NCBI GenBank assembly: GCA_046484865.1
Contig: JAWOID010000144.1
Coordinates: 45,427 to 109,426, forward strand
Length of the DNA stretch: 64,000 nt
Reading direction: 5' to 3'
DNA from: Candidatus Krumholzibacteriia bacterium
GTDB taxonomy: Bacteria; Krumholzibacteriota; Krumholzibacteriia; LZORAL124-64-63
The notes under the pieces are model-generated. The model was not told the origin of the DNA. It saw nothing but the letters and a program-made list of their open reading frames with translations, and made no database searches. The translations under genes and the position numbers were made by a program. Below, one piece after another: positions 29,662-38,427 of this stretch; within the stretch, counting starts at the first letter, position 1, and each line of letters starts with the position of its first letter.

Positions 29662-30357
29662 TCAGACCAGGATCAGCTTGATCTCTCCCTCGTTCACGAG
29701 CGGCAGATCGCCCAGGCGGCGCCGCAGGTCCACCAGCAGGTCGATACGCCCGACCACCTCGCCGCTGCCGCTGGCCGCGTAGTGGTGTTCCGGCGCGTAA
29801 CCCTCGGGGCCGCGCGACTCGGGGTGCTCCTGCACGTCCTGGTCGAAGTTGCGCAGTTCCAGTCCCTCCGGCAGTTCGTTCAGCACCGCCATGATCTCGT
29901 CGTGGTACTGGCGGGCGAAGACCTCGAACGAGAAGGGCAACTCCGCCGACTGCACCGCGCGCAGCGATTTCAGCGTGAGGCCGGTCTCCGCGTGGATGCG
30001 CTCCGCGTGCTGGCGCACCAGCCCGGTCAGCGTCTCGCCGAGCACGACGCGGCTGTCCACCCCGTGCAGCTTCACCAGTTCGGCCACCCGATCCACCAGA
30101 CCCTCGTGGGAGATGCCTGCATCGTAGCTGTCGATGGCGGTGTTGGGCTCGCCGCTGCCCAGCGCGATGCCAGCCAGGAGCCCTCGCAGTACCCGGGGCG
30201 AACCGGCGAACACAGCCTCGTGGAAGCCGCCCACGCCTGCGCCGGATCCGCGGCGCCCCGGCTGGCGTCCGGTCGTCTTCCGCGCCGCTCCGGCGCCGGT
30301 CCGGCGGCTACCGGAACGCCCGGCGCCGGTCGCCTTGCTGGAAGCCTTCTTGGCCAT
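29662..30357 (-). CDS. Hypothetical protein with basic low-complexity N-terminus
   Basis: GGAGGG RBS, 10 bp after the antiporter stop; protein-like composition; no motif recognised. Confidence 0.75.
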   Translation of the reverse strand: MAKKASSKATGAGRSGSRRTGAGAARKTTGRQPGRRGSGAGVGGFHEAVFAGSPRVLRGLLAGIALGSGEPNTAIDSYDAGISHEGLVDRVAELVKLHGVDSRVVLGETLTGLVRQHAERIHAETGLTLKSLRAVQSAELPFSFEVFARQYHDEIMAVLNELPEGLELRNFDQDVQEHPESRGPEGYAPEHHYAASGSGEVVGRIDLLVDLRRRLGDLPLVNEGEIKLILV

Positions 30358-30367
30358 GCGCGCCCTC

Positions 30368-32095
30368 CTAGAGGAAGAAGATCAGCGTCACGACCACGAA
30401 GATCGGGACGAGGATCGGCAGCGAGTACTTCACCATGTACCCGAAGAAGGTGGGCATGGGGACGCCCGCCTCCTCGGCGATCGACTTCACCATGAAGTTC
30501 GGGGCGTTGCCGATGTAGGTGTTCGCCCCCATGAACACCGCACCCGCGCTGATGGCCGTGAGGTCGCGTGCGAAGGCAGGGTTCTTCGCGGCCTCGCCGG
30601 CGTAGCCGAGCAGAGCGGGCACCTGCGATTCGGGCAACCCGAGATGGCCGAGAGCCGCGTTGAAGAAGGTGAGGTAGGTGGGTGCGTTGTCCAGGAAGCT
30701 CGACAGCACGCCCGTGGCCCAGAAGTAGTGCAGCGGTTCCTGCACCGCGCGCATCAGGCCGGCCAGTGCCCCTTGCTCGCCCGCCTTGAGGATCGCCAGC
30801 GCCGGGATGATCGTCATGAAGATGCCCGCGAACAGGTAGGCCACCTCCTTGATCGGGAACCAGTTGAACTCGTTCCGCTGCCGGGCGGCCTTGCTGGTCG
30901 TCACCAGGCTGAGCAGCCCCATCAGGATGAGCCAACCCTCGCGAATGATGTTCTGCAGCGCCACCTCCACGTGGCCGTAGATGGGCACGTTCTGCAGCTT
31001 CACGGCGCCGGAGAAGATCACGCCGGCCATGACCCCCGCCAGGAAGAGCAGGTTGTGCAGGCCCTCCACGTGGACGCCGCGCTTCTCGGCCACGGATTCG
31101 GGCCCTGCTTCCCGTTCCCTGCGGAAGAGCAGCGTGTCGAGGACGAAGAAGACCGCCAGGACCAGGGTGACGACCAGCAGCATGTGCGGCAGGAGGCCGC
31201 GCGTCACCCAGAAGAACGGCACGCCGTGGAGGAAGCCGAGGAACAGGGGCGGATCTCCCAGCGGCGTGAGGCTGCCGCCCACGTTGGCCACCAGGAAGAT
31301 GAAGAAGACCACCACGTGCACCCGGTGCTTCCGCCAGGCGTTGGCGCGCAGTACCGGCCGGATCATCACCATGGCGGCGCCGGTGGTGCCGATCCAGGAG
31401 GCGAGGAAGGTGCCGATCAGCAGCAGGAGCACGTTCACCCGCGGCGACCCGCGCACCGCCCCGCCCACGTAGATTCCGCCGGCGATCGTGAACAGCGCCC
31501 AGAGCAGGAGGATGAACGGGATGTAGTCGATCAGGTAGATGTGCAGGATCGACTGCACGGCGTCGCTCTTCATCCCCACCAGGAACGGGATGGCGAACGC
31601 CAGCGCCCAGAACGCCGAGACCCGCGGAAAGTGCCGATGCCAGAAGTGGGGCGCGATCAGCGGGAACAGGGCGATCGACAGGAGGATGCCCACGAACGGG
31701 ATCACCGTCCAGAGCGGCAACAGCCCCACCGGATCGATATGGTCCGCGTGGTGGACGTCTCCGTCGTCGGCGGCGATCGCGCGGCCGGATGCCGGGTCGC
31801 CGACGATGCCCTGGGCCGCCGCCCCGGCCGGCTCTGCCCCGTGCCGGGCCTCGCTGGGTTCGGCAGCGGCCGGAACGGTGTCGGGCGGCGAGATCGCGGT
31901 GTCCTGCGCAGCGGGAACCGGCGGGGACGCGTCCAGCGCCAGGGCCGGCGAGGCTGCGAACAGGCTCCCCAGGACCAGGAGCGACACGAGGACGGAGTGC
32001 ATCGTCCGAAAGCGCCGAAGGAGGTGGACTGCGGCTGATGCGAGAGATGCCGGGCGCGGGGGGGTGGATCGGCGCTGGGGATGCAGTCGCCTCAT
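30368..32095 (-). CDS. Sodium:proton antiporter / CitMHS-like ion transporter (IT superfamily)
   Basis: IGTTGAAM, ANVGGSLTPLGDPPLFLGFL, SSFLDNAPTY, MGANTYIGNAPNFMVKSIAE; AAGGAGG RBS. Confidence 0.88.
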   Translation of the reverse strand: MRRLHPQRRSTPPRPASLASAAVHLLRRFRTMHSVLVSLLVLGSLFAASPALALDASPPVPAAQDTAISPPDTVPAAAEPSEARHGAEPAGAAAQGIVGDPASGRAIAADDGDVHHADHIDPVGLLPLWTVIPFVGILLSIALFPLIAPHFWHRHFPRVSAFWALAFAIPFLVGMKSDAVQSILHIYLIDYIPFILLLWALFTIAGGIYVGGAVRGSPRVNVLLLLIGTFLASWIGTTGAAMVMIRPVLRANAWRKHRVHVVVFFIFLVANVGGSLTPLGDPPLFLGFLHGVPFFWVTRGLLPHMLLVVTLVLAVFFVLDTLLFRREREAGPESVAEKRGVHVEGLHNLLFLAGVMAGVIFSGAVKLQNVPIYGHVEVALQNIIREGWLILMGLLSLVTTSKAARQRNEFNWFPIKEVAYLFAGIFMTIIPALAILKAGEQGALAGLMRAVQEPLHYFWATGVLSSFLDNAPTYLTFFNAALGHLGLPESQVPALLGYAGEAAKNPAFARDLTAISAGAVFMGANTYIGNAPNFMVKSIAEEAGVPMPTFFGYMVKYSLPILVPIFVVVTLIFFL

Positions 32096-32250
32096 GGCGC
32101 CTCCTTGCGCGGGGCGGCTCGACGGGTGGAGTGCGGCCGAATCACGGCGCCAGGCCGCGGATTCCCGCCGCGGAACGGCTGGAGGACGGCTGGAACCTAG
32201 GCTATGATGAAGGTGCTGTCAATCGCAGCGGCCCGGGGCCCCAGGGGATC

Positions 32251-33402
32251 ATGCGCATCGCCTATCTCAGCACCCAGCGCGCCTACTACGGCGGCGAGGT
32301 CCACCTCTGCCAGCTGGCCGCCGGCATGCAGGCGCGCGGTCACGCGGTCCGGTGCGTCGTGCGCCCGGACAGCCTCCTGCTGGCGCGCCTGCGCCAGGCG
32401 GGAGTGCCGGTCACCCCGCTGCCGGTGGTGGACTGGTACGAACCCGTGGGGGTGCTCAGGCTGCGGCGGTGGCTGCGGGACGGGGGTTGCGACGTCCTGC
32501 ACACCCACACGCCGCGCGACCATTACGTGGCCGCCGTGGCCACGCTGGGGCTCGACGTGCGCAACGTGGGCACCCGCCATCAGCTGCTGCCGATCGCCCG
32601 CTCCGGGCTGAAGCGCCCCTGGCTGGGACGGCTGGACGCGATGGTGGCGGTGAGCGAGGCGGTCCGCCAGGGGATCGTGCGCTCCGGCGCGCTGCCGCCG
32701 GACCGGGTGGTCACCATCCACAATGGCGTGGACGTGAGGCGGCAGCTGCCCGCCCGCAACGGACTGCGCCGCTCGCTCGGTCTTCCGGCGCTGGCTCCGG
32801 TGGTCGGTTACGTGGGGCGCCTGAGCCCGGACAAGGGCGTGGAGACGCTGCTGGAGGCGGCCCGGCGGCTGGTGGACGACTCCTGGCCCCACCTGAAGGT
32901 GTTCATCGTCGGCGACGACCCGCGCGGGCGGCACGGCGAGCATCTGTGCCGGCGCAGCCGCGAGCTGGGTCTGCAGGACGCCGTCCACTTCTTCGGTTAC
33001 GTGCACGACGCGGCCCGCGCCTGCGCCGACTTCGACGTGCAGGTGGTGACCTCGACCGCCGAGCCGTTCGGGCTGGTGACGCTCGAGGCCATGGCGCACC
33101 GGCACCCGGTGGTGGCCACCGACGCGGGGGGCAGCCGCGAGATCCTGCGCGACGGCCGCGACGGCTACCTGGTGCCGCCGCACCGCGCCGACCTGCTGGC
33201 CGCCCGCCTGGATCTGCTGCTGCGCGAGCCGGCGTTGCGGCGCAGTCTCGGCGACGAGGCGAGGCGGCGGGTGGAATCACGATTCGGGCTGGACCAGATG
33301 ATCGCCGCGACCGAGTCCCTGTACCGGCAGGTGGTGGTGGTTCCCCGGCGTGGCCGTGATCGACCGGCCGCCGGTCGCCGATCGGGACCGTGCCGGTCGT
33401 GA
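32251..33402 (+). CDS. Glycosyltransferase family 4
   Basis: YGGEVH, TIHNGVD, VGRLSPDKG, EPFGLVTLEAMA. Confidence 0.92.
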   Translation: MRIAYLSTQRAYYGGEVHLCQLAAGMQARGHAVRCVVRPDSLLLARLRQAGVPVTPLPVVDWYEPVGVLRLRRWLRDGGCDVLHTHTPRDHYVAAVATLGLDVRNVGTRHQLLPIARSGLKRPWLGRLDAMVAVSEAVRQGIVRSGALPPDRVVTIHNGVDVRRQLPARNGLRRSLGLPALAPVVGYVGRLSPDKGVETLLEAARRLVDDSWPHLKVFIVGDDPRGRHGEHLCRRSRELGLQDAVHFFGYVHDAARACADFDVQVVTSTAEPFGLVTLEAMAHRHPVVATDAGGSREILRDGRDGYLVPPHRADLLAARLDLLLREPALRRSLGDEARRRVESRFGLDQMIAATESLYRQVVVVPRRGRDRPAAGRRSGPCRS

Positions 33403-33464
33403 CCCTCGGGGCGGCGGCGCCCGGTTCCGGAAGACGGGAATCGGCGGCGCGACCGAAGCCGTCC

Positions 33465-33493
33465 TTGTCGCGCCGGTTCGGCTTGCCTACCAT
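33465..33493 (+). promoter_or_regulatory. sigma70-type promoter
   Basis: TTGTCG-17bp-TACCAT upstream of the MBL hydrolase. Confidence 0.55.
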
Positions 33494-33561
33494 CGTCTTG
33501 ACGAACCGCGGCGCACTCGCCCGCGGGCTCCGCATTCCCACGCAGAACCGGGAGATCCCGC

Positions 33562-34413
33562 ATGCAACTGGGTGACTGGACGTTCCGGGCCTTCGTCGAC
33601 GGCCGCTTCCGGCTGGACGGCGGCGCCATGTTCGGCGTCGTCCCCCGCGTGCTCTGGGAGCAGCAGCACCCGGCGGACGAGTCGAACCGCATCGAGCTGT
33701 GCCTGCGCTGCCTGCTGGCGGAGCGGGGGGACCGGCGGGTTCTGGTGGACACCGGCATCGGCGATCGGTGGGATGAGAAGGCGCGCCGGATCTACGCCCT
33801 CGACCGCCGTCCCAACCAGCTCACGGCCGAACTGGCGGAGGCCGGGCTGACGGCGGAGTCCGTCACCGACGTCGTCCTCACGCACCTGCACTTCGACCAC
33901 GCGGGCGGTGCGGTGCGGATGGTGGACGGAGAGCCGAGGCCCACCTTCCCGCGCGCCCGCTACTGGGTCCAGGCGCAGCAGTGGCGGTGGGCCCACGAGC
34001 CCACGGAGCGCGACCGGGCCAGCTTCCGGCGCGACGACTTCGCGGCGCTGGAGTCGAGCGGACAGATGGAGCTGGTGGACGGCCTGCAGGAGATCCTGCC
34101 GCAGGTGCGGGTGGTGCCGATCAGCGGCCATACCCCCGGCCAGCAGATGGTGGAGTTCCACACCGACGGCGGCGTGGTGGTGTACTGCGGCGATCTGATC
34201 CCCTTCGCCAGCCAGGTCCACGCCCCGTGGATCATGGGATTCGATCTCAATCCGCTGCTGACGCTCAGCGAGAAGAAGCAGTTCCTCAGCCGGGCGGTGG
34301 AGGACGACTACCTCCTCGTCTTCGAGCATGACCCCAGCGTGGAGGCGGCCCGCGTGACGTTCGCGGACGACCGCTTCCGGATCCGCGAGACGGTGAGCCT
34401 CGGCGGGCGGTAG
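33562..34413 (+). CDS. MBL-fold metallo-hydrolase (YtnP/AHL-lactonase-like)
   Basis: LDGGAMFGVVP, THLHFDHAGG, GHTPG, GDL, FEHDP. Confidence 0.92.
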   Translation: MQLGDWTFRAFVDGRFRLDGGAMFGVVPRVLWEQQHPADESNRIELCLRCLLAERGDRRVLVDTGIGDRWDEKARRIYALDRRPNQLTAELAEAGLTAESVTDVVLTHLHFDHAGGAVRMVDGEPRPTFPRARYWVQAQQWRWAHEPTERDRASFRRDDFAALESSGQMELVDGLQEILPQVRVVPISGHTPGQQMVEFHTDGGVVVYCGDLIPFASQVHAPWIMGFDLNPLLTLSEKKQFLSRAVEDDYLLVFEHDPSVEAARVTFADDRFRIRETVSLGGR

Positions 34414-34450
34414 AGCCCGCGATGCAGCACCGAGAAAGCCGGGTGCCGGG

Positions 34451-35359
34451 ATGACCTCCAGCTCGATCCCGCCGGGCGACCGCAAACCGCACTGGCTGCG
34501 CATGCGCCGCGCCGGCGGCCGCGAGTACAATCGCGTGCAGCGTCTGCTGCGCACCGCCAGCCTGAACACCGTCTGCGAGGAGGCCAACTGCCCCAATCGC
34601 GGCGAGTGCTTCGCCAGTGGCACGGCCACGTTCCTGCTCATGGGCCCCAGCTGCACCCGCCACTGCACGTTCTGCAACATCCCGGGCGGACGCGTGGGCG
34701 AGGTCGATCCGGACGAGCCGCTGCGGGTGGCCGAGACCGTGCGCCACCTGGGGTTGAGGTTCGCGGTGGTGACGGCGGTCAGTCGCGACGATCTCCCCGA
34801 CGGGGGCGCGGCTCACTTCGCGGCCACGATCCGGAGCATCCGGCGGCTCGTCCCCGGCTGCGGCGTCGAGGTGCTGATCCCGGATTTCCGCGGCGATCCG
34901 CTCGCTCTCGAGACAGTGCTCGAGGCGGGACCCGAGGTGTTGAACCACAATCTGGAGACGGTGCCCAGGCTGTATCCCGAGCTGAGGCCGCAGGCCGACT
35001 ACCGGATGTCGCTGCAGCTTCTGCGCAGGGTGCGGCAGCGGGTCGACGCGGGCGGCGCTCCCATGGTGGTGAAGACCGGCATCATGGTGGGCGTGGGCGA
35101 GACGGCGGACGAGGTGGTGGAGCTCATGCACGCCGCCGCCGAGCACGGCGTCGAGGTCATGACCGTGGGGCAGTACCTCCAGCCCAGCCGGCGGCATCAC
35201 GCCGTGGAACGGTTCTACGAGCCCGGAGAGTTCGCCGAGCTCGCCCGTCGCGGCCGCGAGGCGGGGCTCGCGTGGGTGGAGGCCGGTCCCCTGGTGCGCT
35301 CCAGCTACCACGCGAGCGAGCACCGGGCGCGAATTCCTGGCGTGCGGCGCACCCGTTGA
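34451..35359 (+). CDS. lipA: Lipoyl synthase
   Basis: CEEANCPNRGEC, CTRHCTFC, NHNLETV, GQYLQPS, LVRSSYHA. Confidence 0.97.
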   Translation: MTSSSIPPGDRKPHWLRMRRAGGREYNRVQRLLRTASLNTVCEEANCPNRGECFASGTATFLLMGPSCTRHCTFCNIPGGRVGEVDPDEPLRVAETVRHLGLRFAVVTAVSRDDLPDGGAAHFAATIRSIRRLVPGCGVEVLIPDFRGDPLALETVLEAGPEVLNHNLETVPRLYPELRPQADYRMSLQLLRRVRQRVDAGGAPMVVKTGIMVGVGETADEVVELMHAAAEHGVEVMTVGQYLQPSRRHHAVERFYEPGEFAELARRGREAGLAWVEAGPLVRSSYHASEHRARIPGVRRTR

Positions 35360-35438
35360 CTTACTATGCGGGGTCGATCGACCGGCCCGCCAGCGCGCGT
35401 CGCGCGCCTTGCGGCGGCGCCAGGGGAGGAGTGGCCTC

Positions 35439-36257
35439 TTGCCCGCCTGGGCCTTCGTCAGGAACGTCTTCCTCGAACCCCGCTCGCCCGCCTGTGCCTG
35501 GCGCCATCCGCTGCAGGCCGCGCGGGTGGCTGCCGGCGCCACCGGGAACGTGCTGGTCAGCGGCATCGAGCGGGTGCGGCCGGGCGGCCCGCGCGAATGC
35601 CCCGTGTGCGGCTGGCGCGGCCGTCGCTTCCGCGCGTTCCTCTCGGCGGACGAGGTGATCGGAGACAGCATCTGCCCCGAGTGCGGGTCGTTCGACCGGC
35701 ACCGGCTGCTGGTCACCGGCGTGAGAGGCGAACTGGGCGCGTGCCCCGGCCGGGGGCCCGAGGTCATGCTCGGGTTCTCGCTCTCCTCGGCCATGCGCTA
35801 CCTCCTCGAGCACGAGGGGTTGCGCCGCTGCTACCGTACGGACGCCCAGCTGTCGGACCGCCGGTTCTGCCCCGATCTGATCACGGACCTGCGCTGCGCC
35901 TGCGTCCGGACCGCCGGCGTCGACTGGCTCTTCTGCAGCCACGTCCTCGAGCACATCGAGGAGCTGGAACCGGCCGTTGACGAGCTGGCGCGCATGCTGC
36001 GGCCCGGAGGGCTGGCCTGGATCCAGGTGCCGCTGCATCCCGGTCTGGAGCGCAGCCGCCGCATCCCGGTCGACCCGCACCGGGCGCACGCCCACGCCTG
36101 GCAGTTCGGGCTCGATTTCGGCGAATTCCTCGCGCGCGCGGACTGGACGGTTCGCGAGGTGACTGCGGCTGCCGCGGTGCCGCCGGATCTGCAGCGCCGC
36201 CACGGCATCGCCGCGGAGGAGCGCTACTGGATGTGCCGCAAGGGAGATCGGGCTTGA
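35439..36257 (+). CDS. SAM-dependent methyltransferase-domain protein with Zn-finger-like N-terminus
   Basis: CPVCG and CPECGS..RHR; CSHVLEHI..LARMLRPGG; TTG after GGAGGA (start uncertain). Confidence 0.75.
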   Translation: MPAWAFVRNVFLEPRSPACAWRHPLQAARVAAGATGNVLVSGIERVRPGGPRECPVCGWRGRRFRAFLSADEVIGDSICPECGSFDRHRLLVTGVRGELGACPGRGPEVMLGFSLSSAMRYLLEHEGLRRCYRTDAQLSDRRFCPDLITDLRCACVRTAGVDWLFCSHVLEHIEELEPAVDELARMLRPGGLAWIQVPLHPGLERSRRIPVDPHRAHAHAWQFGLDFGEFLARADWTVREVTAAAAVPPDLQRRHGIAAEERYWMCRKGDRA

Positions 36258-38194
36258 GCATCTACTGGCGCATGCTGAAGAGGCTCCGTCCGTACCTGCC
36301 GCAGCTGGTGCTCTCGGTGATCTTCACCATGCTCTTCTCGCTGCTCAACAGCGCCATCGTGTTCTCCGTGCAGCCGCTGCTGCGCGCGCTCTTCGCGACC
36401 GAGGAGGTGCTGGACGCCGCCGCCGCGCCGCCGGCGGCAGACGGGGAGCGCGACCTCGGGCTCGGCGCTCCCGCGGAGGGCTCGCTGCCGGTGATCGGCG
36501 AGGACTCCTGGATCCGCGAGCAGTTGCAGCGGCTGCACGCAGCGGCGAACGCGCACCTGCTGGAGGGCAGCCGCCTCGACGCTCTCTGGCGCATCGTGCA
36601 GCTGGCGTTCTTCCTCTTCCTGGCCAAGAACATCACGCAGTACCTGGGTACGGTGCTCATCGTCTGGGTCGGGCTGCGGGTCATCAAGGACCTGCGGGAC
36701 GAACTGTACGCGAAGCTCACGCACCTGCCGCTGTCGTTCTACAACCGGTACCGCAGCGGGGAACTCATCAGCCGGGCGATGAACGACGTGCAGATCGCCA
36801 ACAACTGCATCCACGTCAGCTTCACGAACCTCGTGCGCGATCCCATCCTCATCGCCACCTTCATGGCAGCCTGCCTCTACATCTCGTGGAAGCTGACGCT
36901 GCTGTCGCTGACCGTGCTGCCGCTGAGCATGCTGGTGATCATCCGCGTCGGGAAGCTGCTGCGGCGCTACAGCCACCGCCAGCAGGAGCGACTGGCGGAC
37001 CTCACCAGCGTCCTGCAGGAGACTGTTTACGGCATCAGGGTGATCAAGGCCTTCGCGATGGAGCGGTTCGAGACGCGCAAGTACCTGCAGGAGTCCGACC
37101 GCCTGTTCAGCTCGCTCTTCAAGATCGCGCGGGTGCAGCGCATCAGTTCGCCGCTCACGGAGCAACTGTCGGTGATCGTGGCGGTGGTGATCCTCTGGCT
37201 CGGCGGCCGCCAGGTGCTGGCGGAGGAGACCCTCTCCCCGGACATGTTCCTCACCTACCTGTTCTGTTTGTTCTCGATGGTCCGCCCGATCAAGGAACTG
37301 GGCCAGGTGAACAACGGCATTCAGGAGGGGATGGCCGCCGCTCAGCGCGTGTTCGCGGTGCTGGACGTGCCCGCCGAGAAGCAGGACGCAGAGGCGGGGA
37401 CGCCGGTCGACCGCGTGGAGGGGCGGGTGGAATTCGAGAACGTCAGCTTCTCGTACCTGCCCGGGATCCCGGTCCTGTGCGACATCGACCTGCGGGTGGA
37501 TCCGGGCGAGATCGTGGCCCTCGTCGGCGGCAGCGGCGCCGGCAAGTCCACGCTGGTGGATCTCATCCCGCGCTTCTACGAGCCCACCGGCGGCCGCATC
37601 CTGGTGGACGGCCGCGACATCGCCGGATTGAGCCTCGCCTCGCTGCGCCGGGCGATGGGGATCGTCACCCAGGAGGTGATCCTCTTCAACGCCAGCGTGA
37701 AGGCCAACATCGCCTACGGCCTCGAGGACGTGGACGATCGGGCGCTCGTCGCCGCTGCGGAGGCCGCCAATGCTCACGGCTTCATCTCGGAGCTGCCGCG
37801 GGGGTACGAGACGTTGATCGGCGACCGCGGCACCCGCCTCTCGGGCGGACAGCGGCAGCGCATCTCGATCGCCCGGGCCATCCTCAAGAATCCGCCCATC
37901 CTCATCCTGGACGAAGCCACCAGCGCCCTGGACACCGAGAGCGAGCAACTCGTCCAGGAGGCGATCGACCGCCTGGTCCAGAACCGCACGACCTTCGTGA
38001 TCGCGCACCGCCTGTCCACGATCCAGAACGCCCACCGGATCTACGTGCTCAAGGCCGGGCGGATCGTGGAGGTCGGCGACCATGTGAGCCTGCTGGCTGC
38101 AGGGGGAGTTTACGCCGAACTCTATCACCGCCAGTTTCGGCACGAGGAGGAGGCGCCGCAGTCGCGCACCTCGCCCGGAGGCGGCTCGCGCTGA
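36254..38194 (+). CDS. ABC exporter, MsbA-like (TMD+NBD)
   Basis: TTGA overlap; TM domain; GGSGAGKST, LSGGQRQR, ILDEATSALD, IAHRLST. Confidence 0.93.
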   Translation: MSIYWRMLKRLRPYLPQLVLSVIFTMLFSLLNSAIVFSVQPLLRALFATEEVLDAAAAPPAADGERDLGLGAPAEGSLPVIGEDSWIREQLQRLHAAANAHLLEGSRLDALWRIVQLAFFLFLAKNITQYLGTVLIVWVGLRVIKDLRDELYAKLTHLPLSFYNRYRSGELISRAMNDVQIANNCIHVSFTNLVRDPILIATFMAACLYISWKLTLLSLTVLPLSMLVIIRVGKLLRRYSHRQQERLADLTSVLQETVYGIRVIKAFAMERFETRKYLQESDRLFSSLFKIARVQRISSPLTEQLSVIVAVVILWLGGRQVLAEETLSPDMFLTYLFCLFSMVRPIKELGQVNNGIQEGMAAAQRVFAVLDVPAEKQDAEAGTPVDRVEGRVEFENVSFSYLPGIPVLCDIDLRVDPGEIVALVGGSGAGKSTLVDLIPRFYEPTGGRILVDGRDIAGLSLASLRRAMGIVTQEVILFNASVKANIAYGLEDVDDRALVAAAEAANAHGFISELPRGYETLIGDRGTRLSGGQRQRISIARAILKNPPILILDEATSALDTESEQLVQEAIDRLVQNRTTFVIAHRLSTIQNAHRIYVLKAGRIVEVGDHVSLLAAGGVYAELYHRQFRHEEEAPQSRTSPGGGSR

Positions 38195-38250
38195 GGCCGC
38201 CGGCCCACGCGGGACGTCGACACCCAACCCCACGGCGCCGCCCCGGGGCA

Positions 38251-38350
38251 GAAATGTGGAAGTCATTGTCAATGAATCTATTTACAGACTTGTTTTTCTC
38301 TTGATTCTCGCCCCGTCAGGGCTCTTCTTTCCTCTCGTGATGATTTCGTG
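38251..38350. promoter_or_regulatory. AT-rich regulatory region with palindrome TCATTG-T-CAATGA (38263-38275)
   Basis: Visibly AT-rich against the GC-rich background; perfect 6-1-6 inverted repeat upstream of the multiheme cytochrome gene. Confidence 0.5.
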
Positions 38351-38427
38351 ACGCGTCGCCGATCCGCCCGTCGTGCAGGTTCGCCATCGCCGCCGGGGCC
38401 GCGGCCCGACCCGAGAAGGATGCCACC

